From the NCBI GenBank assembly GCA_900548005.1, contig URIZ01000006.1, forward strand, positions 7,816 to 71,815: a stretch of 64,000 bases of DNA, written 5' to 3'. Shown here in pieces: positions 38,090-47,244 of this stretch (positions are counted from its first letter, which is position 1; the number at the start of each line of letters is the position of its first letter). The position numbers and the translations under genes are program-made. Below the pieces are notes generated by a model. It searched no databases and was not told where the DNA came from. It was given only the letters and a program-made list of their open reading frames with translations. The stretch comes from an uncultured Eubacteriales bacterium (GTDB taxonomy: Bacteria > Bacillota > Clostridia > Christensenellales > CAG-917).

Positions 38090-39832
38090 ATGGATTATCA
38101 ACAAGTTTACGAGCAATGGCTTGCAAGCGACGAGCTGACGAGCGAAGACAAACGCCGTCTGCAATCGCTCGGCGAAGACGAGAAAAAAGAAATGTTCTTC
38201 TGCCCCCTTCAATTCGGAACGGCAGGCATGCGCGGCGTTCTCGATTTGGGCACAAACCGCATGAACGTTTTCACCGTCAAACGCGCAACGCAAGGTCTTG
38301 CGCAATACATCAAGACTCTGGGCAAAGAGGCAATGGACAGGGGCGTTGTCATATCCTACGACACCCGCCGTTTCTCAAGCGAGTTTTCAATCAAAGTGGC
38401 AAAGGTGCTTGCCAAAAACGGCATCAACGCCTACCTTTTCGACACGGTGCACCCCGTGCCTATGTGCTCGTTTGCAATCCGTCATTTGAACGCGATCGCA
38501 GGCGTTATGATCACCGCATCGCACAACCCCAAGATCTACAACGGATACAAAGTGTATGGCGAAGACGGCGCGCAGATGTCGCCCGAATCGACAGATAAAG
38601 TGGTCGAATTTATAGACAAAACCCCGTATTTTGACATTTGCGAAGAAAATGCCGACATCACTGCGGACAACATCAAAGGGCTTGACAACGTGCTTGTCGC
38701 GCCGCATATCACCGTCATAGGCAAGAGCGTTGACAACGCATATTTCGACACGATAAGCAAGCTCTCGTTATCCCCCGCCGCCGTTGAAAAATTCGGCAAA
38801 AACGTCAAGATTGTCTACACTCCAATTCACGGCAGCGGATATATCCCCGTCACCACCATACTTTCAAGAATGGGCATCACCGTCAACGTCGTCAAAGAGC
38901 AGGCGCTCCCCGACACCGAGTTCTCCACCGTACGCGTGCCCAACCCCGAAGAAGCAGACACTCTCCGCCTCGGAGTCAAGCTCGCAGACGAGATCGGCAG
39001 TGACGTTGTCATCGGCACAGACCCCGATGCAGACCGTATGGGCATCGCAATCCGTGACGACAACGGCAAATTTGTCCTTCTCAACGGCAACCAAATCGGC
39101 GTTCTGCTTGCCGACTACATATTTAGACGCAAGACGGAAGAAAACACTATGCCCCAAAACGGCGCGCTTGTGAAAACCATCGTCACCACCGAGCTTGCAA
39201 GAAAAGTTGCCACAAGCTATGGCGTGACCACCTTTGACGTGCTCACCGGCTTCAAATTTATCGGCGAAAAAATCAAAGAATGGGAAGAAAACGGCAAATA
39301 CACCTATCTGTTCGGCTTTGAAGAGAGCTACGGCTCGCTTGTGGGCACTCACGCAAGAGATAAGGACGCAGTTGTCGCAAGCATGATTTTTGCCGAAATG
39401 ATTTGCTATTACGATTCGATCGGCAAACGCGTCTATGACGTGCTGCAAGACATATACAAGCAATTCGGCTACTTTGTCGAAAAGGCAAAATCAATCACTT
39501 TCGGCGGTCTTGACGGCATGCAAAAAATGGCAGATATTATGACCGAAATTCGCTCCACTTCTTTCAGCGAGATCGCAGGCACAAAAGTGCTTGCGCAAAG
39601 CGACTTTGTCACTCGCAAAAAGACGTATGCGGACGGAAAGACAGAAGACATCACCCTGCCCAAAACCAACGCTTTCAAGATCCACCTTGACAACGGCGAT
39701 TGGATTTGCGTGCGCCCGAGCGGCACCGAGCCGAAACTGAAATTCTACGTTGCAACAAGCAAGCCCACGCAAGATGCCGCCACCGCCCTTGCCGACAGCT
39801 ATCTCGCCTATATGGAAAACTTGGTGAAATAA
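38090..39832 (+). CDS. Phospho-sugar mutase (phosphoglucomutase/phosphomannomutase family)
   Basis: 580-aa ORF with the active-site loop ITASHNPKIYNGYK and metal loop GTDPDADR. Confidence 0.9.
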   Translation: MDYQQVYEQWLASDELTSEDKRRLQSLGEDEKKEMFFCPLQFGTAGMRGVLDLGTNRMNVFTVKRATQGLAQYIKTLGKEAMDRGVVISYDTRRFSSEFSIKVAKVLAKNGINAYLFDTVHPVPMCSFAIRHLNAIAGVMITASHNPKIYNGYKVYGEDGAQMSPESTDKVVEFIDKTPYFDICEENADITADNIKGLDNVLVAPHITVIGKSVDNAYFDTISKLSLSPAAVEKFGKNVKIVYTPIHGSGYIPVTTILSRMGITVNVVKEQALPDTEFSTVRVPNPEEADTLRLGVKLADEIGSDVVIGTDPDADRMGIAIRDDNGKFVLLNGNQIGVLLADYIFRRKTEENTMPQNGALVKTIVTTELARKVATSYGVTTFDVLTGFKFIGEKIKEWEENGKYTYLFGFEESYGSLVGTHARDKDAVVASMIFAEMICYYDSIGKRVYDVLQDIYKQFGYFVEKAKSITFGGLDGMQKMADIMTEIRSTSFSEIAGTKVLAQSDFVTRKKTYADGKTEDITLPKTNAFKIHLDNGDWICVRPSGTEPKLKFYVATSKPTQDAATALADSYLAYMENLVK

Positions 39833-39876
39833 CAAAACACATAAACAATCTTCGACAATTTTACAATAATAGACAC

Positions 39877-39907
39877 AAAGAAACGCACCCGATTGGTGCG
39901 TTTCTTT
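39877..39907. terminator. Bidirectional terminator after the mutase gene
   Basis: AAAGAAACGCACC-CGATT-GGTGCGTTTCTTT. Confidence 0.7.
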
Positions 39908-39923
39908 TATTATTCACATTCTA

Positions 39924-40199
39924 TTATATTCTTTGCAGAACTTCCCTTGCCATCCTTTTCACTTCATATCCTGACAAACCTATCGTATTTCTGCTAAGTC
40001 TATCTACATCCATCTTCAGAACTTCGTTTAACCAATCCGCTCTCTTATCCGCTGCATTATGATAAACGGCAGTACGACTAGTATAGGTGTTAGTTTTTCT
40101 CCATGCCAAATGTGTCCTATCCACATAATCGTAATAGGCATAAGACACAAACCAAGATGCGCCCATAGTTTCAAGTCCTCTTCCGTATTTACCGTTCAT
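39924..40199 (-). CDS. Hypothetical 91-aa protein in an AT-rich islet
   Basis: ATG is preceded by GGGGGAG 7 nt upstream. No motif recognised. Confidence 0.45.
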   Translation of the reverse strand: MNGKYGRGLETMGASWFVSYAYYDYVDRTHLAWRKTNTYTSRTAVYHNAADKRADWLNEVLKMDVDRLSRNTIGLSGYEVKRMAREVLQRI

Positions 40200-40511
40200 T
40201 TTTCTACTCCCCCTTTATCGGATTTTTCTTTCATTCATATTTCGTCTTGATATTAAGTTTTATTAAAAGTGTATATCATCTCTCCTGATTTAAAAGCTAT
40301 CAACAGTATATACAATTTGTGTCTCATCTTTCTCTCCTAATACATTTTCCCCGTACATTGTAATTAGGTAATACCTAATTGTCAAGATAAAAATTTAGCA
40401 ATGCCTAATAATACACATATCATAAAGGTGTTGTCTTATTTAAAAACTGTTGAATACCATTTTCTTTGGCATACTTTGCAGGTCGATACACAACTCTTTC
40501 ATTTTTTAATT

Positions 40512-40826
40512 TTATTGAAGATTTGGATTCCATTGATATTTGTTCAAATCGACGTAGCCGTCATTGTCCACTTCGATGCCGTCCGCGCGCAAAAGAGCCG
40601 CTTGTGCATCCGCGCCGCCAAAGGCGAATGCAGGGGCGCATTTGCCAAAGCGATTGACCACTCGAAAACACGGGATATGTTCGGGATCGGGATTGAAATG
40701 CAAGGCATAGCCCACCGCTCTCGATGCGCGCGGTGAGCCGCAAAGCGCGGCTATTTGCCCATAGGTTGCCACTTTGCCGCTTGGTATTTTCTTGACCTGT
40801 CGATATACGACATCATAAAAACTCAT
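40512..40826 (-). CDS. MGMT-family (alkyltransferase DNA-binding domain) protein with variant active site PCFRV
   Basis: 104-aa ORF. VATYGQIAALCGSPRASRAVGYAL...IPCFRVVN matches the short MGMT-family pattern, except Phe replaces the canonical His. Confidence 0.8.
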   Translation of the reverse strand: MSFYDVVYRQVKKIPSGKVATYGQIAALCGSPRASRAVGYALHFNPDPEHIPCFRVVNRFGKCAPAFAFGGADAQAALLRADGIEVDNDGYVDLNKYQWNPNLQ

Positions 40827-40840
40827 AGTGCTTATATTGA

Positions 40841-40887
40841 CAAAAACGGCGGTTTATATTCGCATTGCGCCGATATAAACTGCCGTT
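40841..40887 (-). terminator. Terminator after the mrp / C-GCAxxG-C-C gene pair
   Basis: 15-bp stem AACGGCGGTTTATAT/ATATAAACTGCCGTT (one non-Watson-Crick pair). On the minus strand it is followed by UUUUUG. Confidence 0.55.
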
Positions 40888-40895
40888 TGTTTGTT

Positions 40896-41363
40896 TTATT
40901 GCTTTATTATGCCACGCTCTATAAGAAACTGTTCAAGCACTTCGGCGGCGTCTCCGCACATCTTTGCGCACGGGCGCGTGCGATAGTATTCGGGAGTGCG
41001 AGCGTCGGGAGTCGGATTGGTAGTGGCTCTTGCACCAAGAATTTCACGACAGACGATAGAGCCGTTTATCTCTTTGAACCGTCTTGCAAGCTCTTGTATT
41101 CTGGCATAATGTTGCGCCTTTTGCGCTTGCGCGTCGGGCGCATCGGGATAGGAATAACCTTCGAGCAAGCCTTCCACGATAAACATGCCGCTCACCGCTC
41201 CGCACACTTCTCTGAGCCTGCCCATGCCGCCGCCAAAGGACGAGCAAAGCATAAGTGCCTGTTTGCCTTCAAAGCCCGTGACGTCCGAAAAGGCGAGCAC
41301 CACCGCTTGCGCGCAGCTGTATCCGTCAACAAAATTCTTTTCTGCAATTTCGCGTCTTGTCAT
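40896..41363 (-). CDS. C-GCAxxG-C-C family protein
   Basis: Start moved to ATG 41361-41363 (MTRREIAEKNF...). GYSCAQAVV, CSSFGGGMG...CGAVSG and the C-terminal PCAKMC are present. Confidence 0.8.
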   Translation of the reverse strand: MTRREIAEKNFVDGYSCAQAVVLAFSDVTGFEGKQALMLCSSFGGGMGRLREVCGAVSGMFIVEGLLEGYSYPDAPDAQAQKAQHYARIQELARRFKEINGSIVCREILGARATTNPTPDARTPEYYRTRPCAKMCGDAAEVLEQFLIERGIIKQ

Positions 41364-41364
41364 A

Positions 41365-42177
41365 TCAGTTTTCGATTGCGTCAAGCGCAGGTTTGAGATA
41401 TTTCTCGGCATCGATTTTTTCCACTTCGCCCGCGTCCACGGCTTGCGCGATTGCTCTGTCCATAGGCAACTTGCCAAGCACTGCAAGGTCGAAATCTTTT
41501 GCGATCTTGTCCACGTTGCCGCTGCCGAAGATGTCAATCTTCTTGCCGCAGTCGGGGCATTCGATATAGCTCATGTTTTCAACAACGCCGTAGATGTGGA
41601 TGTTCATCTTGTTTGCCATCTTCACTGCCTTTTCCACGATCATGGACACAAGGTCTTGCGGAGATGTGACGATTATTATGCCGTCAAGTTTGATGGATTG
41701 AAACACCGTGAGCGGCACATCGCCCGTTCCCGGAGGCATATCCACAAACATAAAGTCCACGTCGTCCCACACAACGTCCGTCCAAAACTGTTTCACCATG
41801 CCGGCGATGACAGGGCCGCGCCATATCACGGGATCGTTCTCGTTGTCAAGAAGAAGGTTGGACGACACCACTTTGATGCCGAACGCGCTCTGACGGGGAT
41901 AGAGTCCGTTTTCGTCAGCGTCTATGCCGCCACTGATGCCAAAGGCTCTGGGGATGGACGGGCCCGTGATGTCCGCATCCAAAATGGCAACCGATTTGCC
42001 TTGTTTTGCTTTGCCCACGGCAAGCAGTGACGTGACGAGAGATTTGCCCACTCCGCCTTTGCCGCTGACGATGCCGATGACTTTTTTGACGTTGGAAAAC
42101 TCGTTTGTGTTTTCCTTGACGATTCTCGATGCGCAGTCTTTTCCGCAAGACTCGCAATCGTGCGTGCATTCGCTCAT
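41365..42177 (-). CDS. Mrp/NBP35/ApbC-type iron-sulfur cluster carrier ATPase
   Basis: 270-aa ORF with an N-terminal Cys cluster (CTHDCESCGKDC), deviant Walker A VSGKGGVGKS and a CPDCG motif. Confidence 0.88.
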   Translation of the reverse strand: MSECTHDCESCGKDCASRIVKENTNEFSNVKKVIGIVSGKGGVGKSLVTSLLAVGKAKQGKSVAILDADITGPSIPRAFGISGGIDADENGLYPRQSAFGIKVVSSNLLLDNENDPVIWRGPVIAGMVKQFWTDVVWDDVDFMFVDMPPGTGDVPLTVFQSIKLDGIIIVTSPQDLVSMIVEKAVKMANKMNIHIYGVVENMSYIECPDCGKKIDIFGSGNVDKIAKDFDLAVLGKLPMDRAIAQAVDAGEVEKIDAEKYLKPALDAIEN

Positions 42178-42356
42178 ATATAACTCCTTGCGCTATCGCG
42201 CCAATTTTTTTGTCCTATAAAATTATACCACCAAAGCGGAAATAATAAAAGCCTTTTGTCCAAATATTGTCGTGCGCACGCCCAAATCCGCGCGACAGCG
42301 TATAAAAACGCACCGATTTTGCAATAATTGCCGTAAATCAAAAAGGAGAATACCCT

Positions 42357-42947
42357 ATGAAACTCATCGACAGCAAAACCCTATCCAACCTTGCCCGCGC
42401 ATACGCAGGCGAAACCCAAGCCCTGACTCGCTACCGTTTCATCGAATACGGCGCGCGCAACGAAGGCTACTCCGCCCTTGCCGAAGTGGTGGACAAAGTG
42501 GTGTACAACGAGTTCAACCACGCAAGAGTGCTCTACACCTTCATTCAACAGGCAAGCAACAAAACCATCGAAAACATAGACGTGTCCGCAGGCTACCCCT
42601 TCAAAGAAAAGTGGAACCTCGAAGAAAATCTCAAACTCGCCGCCGAAGACGAAGAAAACGAAGTGAAAATCTACAAGCAGTTTGCAAAAACCGCGCGTGA
42701 AGAAGGCTTTGACGAAATAGCCGACGCTTTTGAAATGCTATCGGGCGTGGAGCACTGCCACAAACTTATGTTTGAAGACTTGCACAAGCAACTAAAAGAT
42801 GGCACGATGTACAAGAAAGACAAGCCTGTCAAATGGAAATGCTCGGGTTGCGGCTATGAAGCCGAAAGCAAAGAAGCCTGGGACGTCTGCCCCCTTTGCA
42901 AAGCAAAACAAGGCGTTGTCATGCTCAAACTCTCGGACGGCAACTGA
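42357..42947 (+). CDS. Rubrerythrin-family protein
   Basis: 196-aa ORF with a ferritin-like di-iron part (YAGETQALTRY...EFNHARV...EVKIY...GVEHCH) and a C-terminal rubredoxin-like CSGCG...CPLCK. Confidence 0.88.
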   Translation: MKLIDSKTLSNLARAYAGETQALTRYRFIEYGARNEGYSALAEVVDKVVYNEFNHARVLYTFIQQASNKTIENIDVSAGYPFKEKWNLEENLKLAAEDEENEVKIYKQFAKTAREEGFDEIADAFEMLSGVEHCHKLMFEDLHKQLKDGTMYKKDKPVKWKCSGCGYEAESKEAWDVCPLCKAKQGVVMLKLSDGN

Positions 42948-42972
42948 TTTTTCATATTGTAATTCTGCATAC

Positions 42973-43007
42973 AAAAATAGACCGTTTATTTCAAACGGTC
43001 TATTTTT
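42973..43007. terminator. Bidirectional terminator between convergent genes
   Basis: AAAAATAGACCGTTT-ATTTC-AAACGGTCTATTTTT. Confidence 0.75.
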
Positions 43008-43017
43008 GTAAATTGTT

Positions 43018-45246
43018 TTATCTTGAGTATTGATTCCCTGAACCCGTTATTAGATTTCTTGCGTCCACAACGTAAAATACAATAAATCTGTTATCGTTGA
43101 TATACACAACAAGTGCATCTACTCCTTCATAAGCGGGAGACGAAATATAACGTTTCAGATATTTTTCTTCCACATATTCGTATTTATAAGTGTCTCTTTC
43201 GCCATTCTGCACATAGTCACAATATCCATTCGACATAAAACTTATACTATTGGAACTATTGTACGTGTACTTATAATAATAGTTTTTCGGATCTCTGCTT
43301 TCTCCTCTTCCATCTGTATCTGTTGGATAAAACGTATATCCGTTCATTGTATTGAAATAATATATTTTATATCCTAATATTTCATTAACCGTCACAGCAT
43401 AAACGCCTATCTTGTTTTTGTGATTAGTCGCATCGTAATAAACAATTATTGCATCCTTATCTTTGTAATCGGAAGAACTATAATTGGATATGTTCTTACA
43501 AGCCCATTTTGCAGACACATATTCGTACTCATATTCTTGCAAATCGGCATGTCCGTTTCTCAAATAGCACCGTCCATTAGAATCAAGTGTTATGCTTGAA
43601 TACGAATTATTATTACTATACTCATAAGTCCCATAATAGTTTTTTGGATCCGTCCCCTTTGACACACTACCCGCGCCGCCCGTGGCAAATCTTGCTAGAA
43701 AAATTATGCCCGCAATAAGCATTGCGACGCCGATTATAGTAAAAACTATTCCGACAATATTCAAAATCTTTGCATCTTTTTTTGTAAATGCCTTACCCGG
43801 GGTCGCATGCTCGTCCAAATTCAACTCCAATTGTTTGCTTGTTCCCGTAGTCAAATCGTCTTCTGCATACTTTAGTTTTTTTCTGAAAACATTTTCCGTG
43901 CCGCACTTCGGACAAATTCTCGTGAACTCATACGTATTATAATAGTCTATGTATGAATGATTTTGTTGCGGATTGGGACTATTTCCTCTGCGTTCTTTGC
44001 TCTCACTGCTTACGACTTTATAAGAATAATCGCCGTATTCCAAAGATGATTTACAATTTCGGCATACACTTCGTTTGTAGGTGACCATTGATGATATAAA
44101 CATACAAATCCAAACGATAGGAACAATGATTACCGCAAGACGAAGACCTATTCCATAGCTCAAAACAATATATCCAACCGCAAGCACAATCAAACATATA
44201 TAAATCATAGGCATTTGCTTAAAATGTGCTGCTAAGTTGGTGAAATAATTCCCCTTTTTATCCTTTTTGCTAGGCTTGTTATTTTTATTTGTTTTTACAA
44301 CGTTTTTATTGTTTTTATCATCACCTTTATTGTCGTCAAAGAAATTGACTTCGTTCGTTGCACCATTCCTTCCTGTTTTCGTATCTGACGCCGCTTGATT
44401 TGCAACATCACTCTGTTTCGTCGCCAAATTCGGCGATTCGGTTTTTGGAACGTTATAGTAATTGTATTTCATTCCCATAATGACCGCACTAAGGACAGGA
44501 ACGAATTTCACGTTATTTTGTATTGAAATATTTTGCTCAAACAAGTCGGCGGATTGCTTGATTCTTTGCGACAACAATTCTGAATTGTTCACCGCCTTAT
44601 CTTTGCCCGACAATGTTTTCTTCATAAAATCAGGCAACTTCATTGCAATATAATCTTTGATTGTGGATATTCTCAAAGCTATCGGATTTTGACAATCGGA
44701 CATGCCATGAGCCAAATATACACCACGCTTTTCTTGTGGGGCAGCTAAATCTTTTGCAATTTCGTCAATCAAGTCAAAAACAACATTAATTGCAGTTGCA
44801 TCGTCACAAGCAATGGCTTTTGAAAAATAAGTCGCCACACTATCTTGCAGTTTCATATACGAATTGTTCAAATCCGGCAAAGCAATGTTCATAGGATTCG
44901 GTGTAAACATTTGTCCCACATAACACTCTTTGGACAATTCTGTCATTCTATTTGCTCCGTGAGCAATGGCAAACCCCGCATACGCACACGCAATACCGCA
45001 TGATGAATCGGTGCTTAAAATCGACTGGCACTCGTCAAACATACCGTCATAATCGGCAGCTTGTTTAAGCGTTTCGAGTTTCTTCACTCTTTCTTCGTTG
45101 ATTTTCGCAATCGTTTCTTCAACATTTGGAGCATCTGACTCGATACTCACGGGTGAGCCACAATAAATACAGAAACCTTTCTTAAAATTCTCGTCCAATT
45201 GCAATTCTCCACCACAATTAGGGCACTTGAAGATCTTTACTCCCAT
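43018..45246 (-). CDS. Large AT-rich hypothetical membrane protein: two zinc ribbons, 3-4 TM helices, tandem C-terminal Tyr-rich repeats
   Basis: Start moved to ATG 45244-45246 (AAGGAG 8 nt upstream). It has CPNCGG...CIYCG and CRNC...CPKCG ribbons and a K/N-rich linker. The TM segments are MIYICLIVLAVGYIVL.., AVIIVPIVWICMFISSMV and ILNIVGIVFTIIGVAMLIAGIIF. The duplicated unit starts DPKNYYGTYEYS.. and DPKNYYYKYTYN... Confidence 0.75.
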   Translation of the reverse strand: MGVKIFKCPNCGGELQLDENFKKGFCIYCGSPVSIESDAPNVEETIAKINEERVKKLETLKQAADYDGMFDECQSILSTDSSCGIACAYAGFAIAHGANRMTELSKECYVGQMFTPNPMNIALPDLNNSYMKLQDSVATYFSKAIACDDATAINVVFDLIDEIAKDLAAPQEKRGVYLAHGMSDCQNPIALRISTIKDYIAMKLPDFMKKTLSGKDKAVNNSELLSQRIKQSADLFEQNISIQNNVKFVPVLSAVIMGMKYNYYNVPKTESPNLATKQSDVANQAASDTKTGRNGATNEVNFFDDNKGDDKNNKNVVKTNKNNKPSKKDKKGNYFTNLAAHFKQMPMIYICLIVLAVGYIVLSYGIGLRLAVIIVPIVWICMFISSMVTYKRSVCRNCKSSLEYGDYSYKVVSSESKERRGNSPNPQQNHSYIDYYNTYEFTRICPKCGTENVFRKKLKYAEDDLTTGTSKQLELNLDEHATPGKAFTKKDAKILNIVGIVFTIIGVAMLIAGIIFLARFATGGAGSVSKGTDPKNYYGTYEYSNNNSYSSITLDSNGRCYLRNGHADLQEYEYEYVSAKWACKNISNYSSSDYKDKDAIIVYYDATNHKNKIGVYAVTVNEILGYKIYYFNTMNGYTFYPTDTDGRGESRDPKNYYYKYTYNSSNSISFMSNGYCDYVQNGERDTYKYEYVEEKYLKRYISSPAYEGVDALVVYINDNRFIVFYVVDARNLITGSGNQYSR

Positions 45247-45379
45247 TTCCAATTCTCCTTTGTACCAAAAATTATGCATATAGCACTGTTTTTAAATTTT
45301 ATAGGATTTTTTCCTATATGTCAATACTAAATATGGAATTTTTACTATATTTTGTTTAACAATAAAAAGGAGTGACGGT

Positions 45380-45589
45380 ATGGATATTAGAAAAAGTGTT
45401 GGAAAAAATTTGAAAATGGCACGCAAAGCCGTCGGTCTCACTCAAAAACAAATTGCCGAAGAACTTGGCAAGTATCAATCAGATTATAGCGAATACGAAA
45501 CAGGAAAAATAGAATTGGATTATGAAAAAATCATATTCCTTTGCAAAAGACTTGATATAACCCCAAACGATTTATTTGATTTTCATTAA
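45380..45589 (+). CDS. Small XRE-family HTH regulator (69 aa)
   Basis: SD AAGGAG. LKMARKAVGLTQKQIAEELGKYQSDYSEYETGK is an XRE-type HTH. It is divergent from the large zinc-ribbon gene. Confidence 0.85.
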   Translation: MDIRKSVGKNLKMARKAVGLTQKQIAEELGKYQSDYSEYETGKIELDYEKIIFLCKRLDITPNDLFDFH

Positions 45590-45590
45590 C

Positions 45591-45621
45591 AAAAAGAACG
45601 GCAAAATGTGCCGTTCTTTTT
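45591..45621 (+). terminator. Terminator of the XRE gene
   Basis: AAAAAGAACGGC-AAAATGT-GCCGTTCTTTTT. Confidence 0.7.
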
Positions 45622-45685
45622 CAAATCATAGCTTTATTGTGCGGATTTTGCGATATAAACTGTCTTTTGTGCAAAAATACGCTTT

Positions 45686-46381
45686 TTAGTTGTATCCGCG
45701 CAGATCAACGTGGGGGACGGTGTTTTCAAAATAGGTCTTGAAACGCAATGCGTCCGCTTTGTCCACGGGAGTGTAGCCGTGCGCGATGCAACCGTCGATG
45801 TCTTTGTATTTTTGCATGAAATATCTCGGCGTGTTTTTCACCATGGCGGCGATCGCTTGCATGTCTTCGTCGGTGTGAAACTCTTTGATCAAAGTCGTGC
45901 GGAACTCGTGATCCACTCCGCTTTGGTTGAGAAGGTCTATGCTTGCTTGTATCTTGGATATATCCACCCTGTCAAGTCCCACGGTGAGCGGATATTTTTG
46001 GGGACTGTTTTTCACGTCCATAGCCACGTAGTCCACAAGCCCTTTTGCGAGGATCTTTTCCACGACGTCGGGGCGAAGTCCGTTGGTGTCGAGCTTTGTT
46101 TTGTAACCCATATCTCGCACTTGTTGCAAAAACTCGGCAAGATCGGGTTGCAAAGTGGGCTCTCCGCCCGTGACGCACACGGCGTCCACGAGCCCTTTGC
46201 GCTTTTGAAGATAGTCAAACACTTCTTCACCATTCATTTGCTCCACCTTCAAATCGCCTATGACAAGGGGCGCGTTGTGGCAAAACGGGCAACGGAAGTT
46301 GCACCCGCCCGTGAAAACCGTGCAGGCGATGTTGCCGTCATAATCCACCATTGAAAACTTTTCGTATCCGCAAATTATCAT
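45686..46381 (-). CDS. nrdG: Anaerobic ribonucleoside-triphosphate reductase activating protein (radical SAM)
   Basis: 231-aa ORF. FTGGCNFRCPFCHN is the radical-SAM cluster motif typical of class III RNR activases. No nrdD is adjacent in the window. Confidence 0.85.
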   Translation of the reverse strand: MIICGYEKFSMVDYDGNIACTVFTGGCNFRCPFCHNAPLVIGDLKVEQMNGEEVFDYLQKRKGLVDAVCVTGGEPTLQPDLAEFLQQVRDMGYKTKLDTNGLRPDVVEKILAKGLVDYVAMDVKNSPQKYPLTVGLDRVDISKIQASIDLLNQSGVDHEFRTTLIKEFHTDEDMQAIAAMVKNTPRYFMQKYKDIDGCIAHGYTPVDKADALRFKTYFENTVPHVDLRGYN

Positions 46382-46488
46382 ACGCCTATTTTAGCACACC
46401 GCGCGATTTTGTTCAATGCGTTTTTGCACTTTTTGCTCTTTACATTGCGATTTTGCAATGATATAATTTTTTCATATACAGGTGGGCT

Positions 46489-47244
46489 GTGAAAAGAAAC
46501 AAAAAAACGTATTGGCTCGATATATTGAAACTGTTCGTCGTCTTCTTGAAGATCGGCGCGTTTTCGTTTGGGGGCGGATATGCAATGATTTCGCTCATCG
46601 AAAACGAAGTGGTCAACAAAAAGCAGTGGATCACAAAAACCGAGCTTGCCGACATCTTTGCAATTGCCGAGAGCACCCCCGGGCCTATTGCCATCAACAC
46701 CGCAACCTACATCGGCGTGAAGCAATGCGGCATATTGGGCGGCATAGTTGCAACGCTTGGCGTGGTCATTCCGTCATACGTCGTGATTGTTGCGCTGTCC
46801 TATCTCATAGAAGCGGTCAAAGACAACGTGTGGGCGGGCTACTTTTTCAAAAGCATACGCATTGGCGTGCTTGTGCTGATTGCAAAAGCAGTGTTTTCTT
46901 TCTTCAAGGACCTACGCAAAAACGTGGTGTCCGTCGCGCTTGCAATCACGGCGTTTTGCCTTGTTCTGCTCACAAACGTGAAAGTGACCTACATAATTCT
47001 CGCCACATTTGTCATAGGCGCACTCACCGTTGCGACAACCAATTTTGTGAAGAAGAAACTCTATCACTCGGTCGGCACTCCCGAATATTTCAACGAGCGC
47101 ATAGGCTACAAACCCCAAAAGGACGAATATGTCCGTATATCGACAAATTCCGCCGCCGCGGACAACGCTCTGCTCGAAAACAGCAAAAGCACGCTTTCGG
47201 ACGGCGAAAAAGCACAAAAAAGCGAAAAGGAGAGCGCAAAATGA
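46489..47244 (+). CDS. Chromate-transporter (CHR) family protein, first half-size paralog
   Basis: FLKIGAFSFGGGYAMISLIE...AESTPGPIAINTATYIG is the CHR signature. It has a ~70-aa hydrophilic C-terminal extension. Confidence 0.85.
   Translation: MKRNKKTYWLDILKLFVVFLKIGAFSFGGGYAMISLIENEVVNKKQWITKTELADIFAIAESTPGPIAINTATYIGVKQCGILGGIVATLGVVIPSYVVIVALSYLIEAVKDNVWAGYFFKSIRIGVLVLIAKAVFSFFKDLRKNVVSVALAITAFCLVLLTNVKVTYIILATFVIGALTVATTNFVKKKLYHSVGTPEYFNERIGYKPQKDEYVRISTNSAAADNALLENSKSTLSDGEKAQKSEKESAK

Noticed and set aside
42321-42331. Palindrome GCAAT-A-ATTGC about 25 nt upstream of the rubrerythrin start considered as a possible PerR/Fur-type operator.
   Set aside because: It is an 11-mer only and does not match the Fur or PerR box consensus as I recall it. 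It could easily arise by chance.
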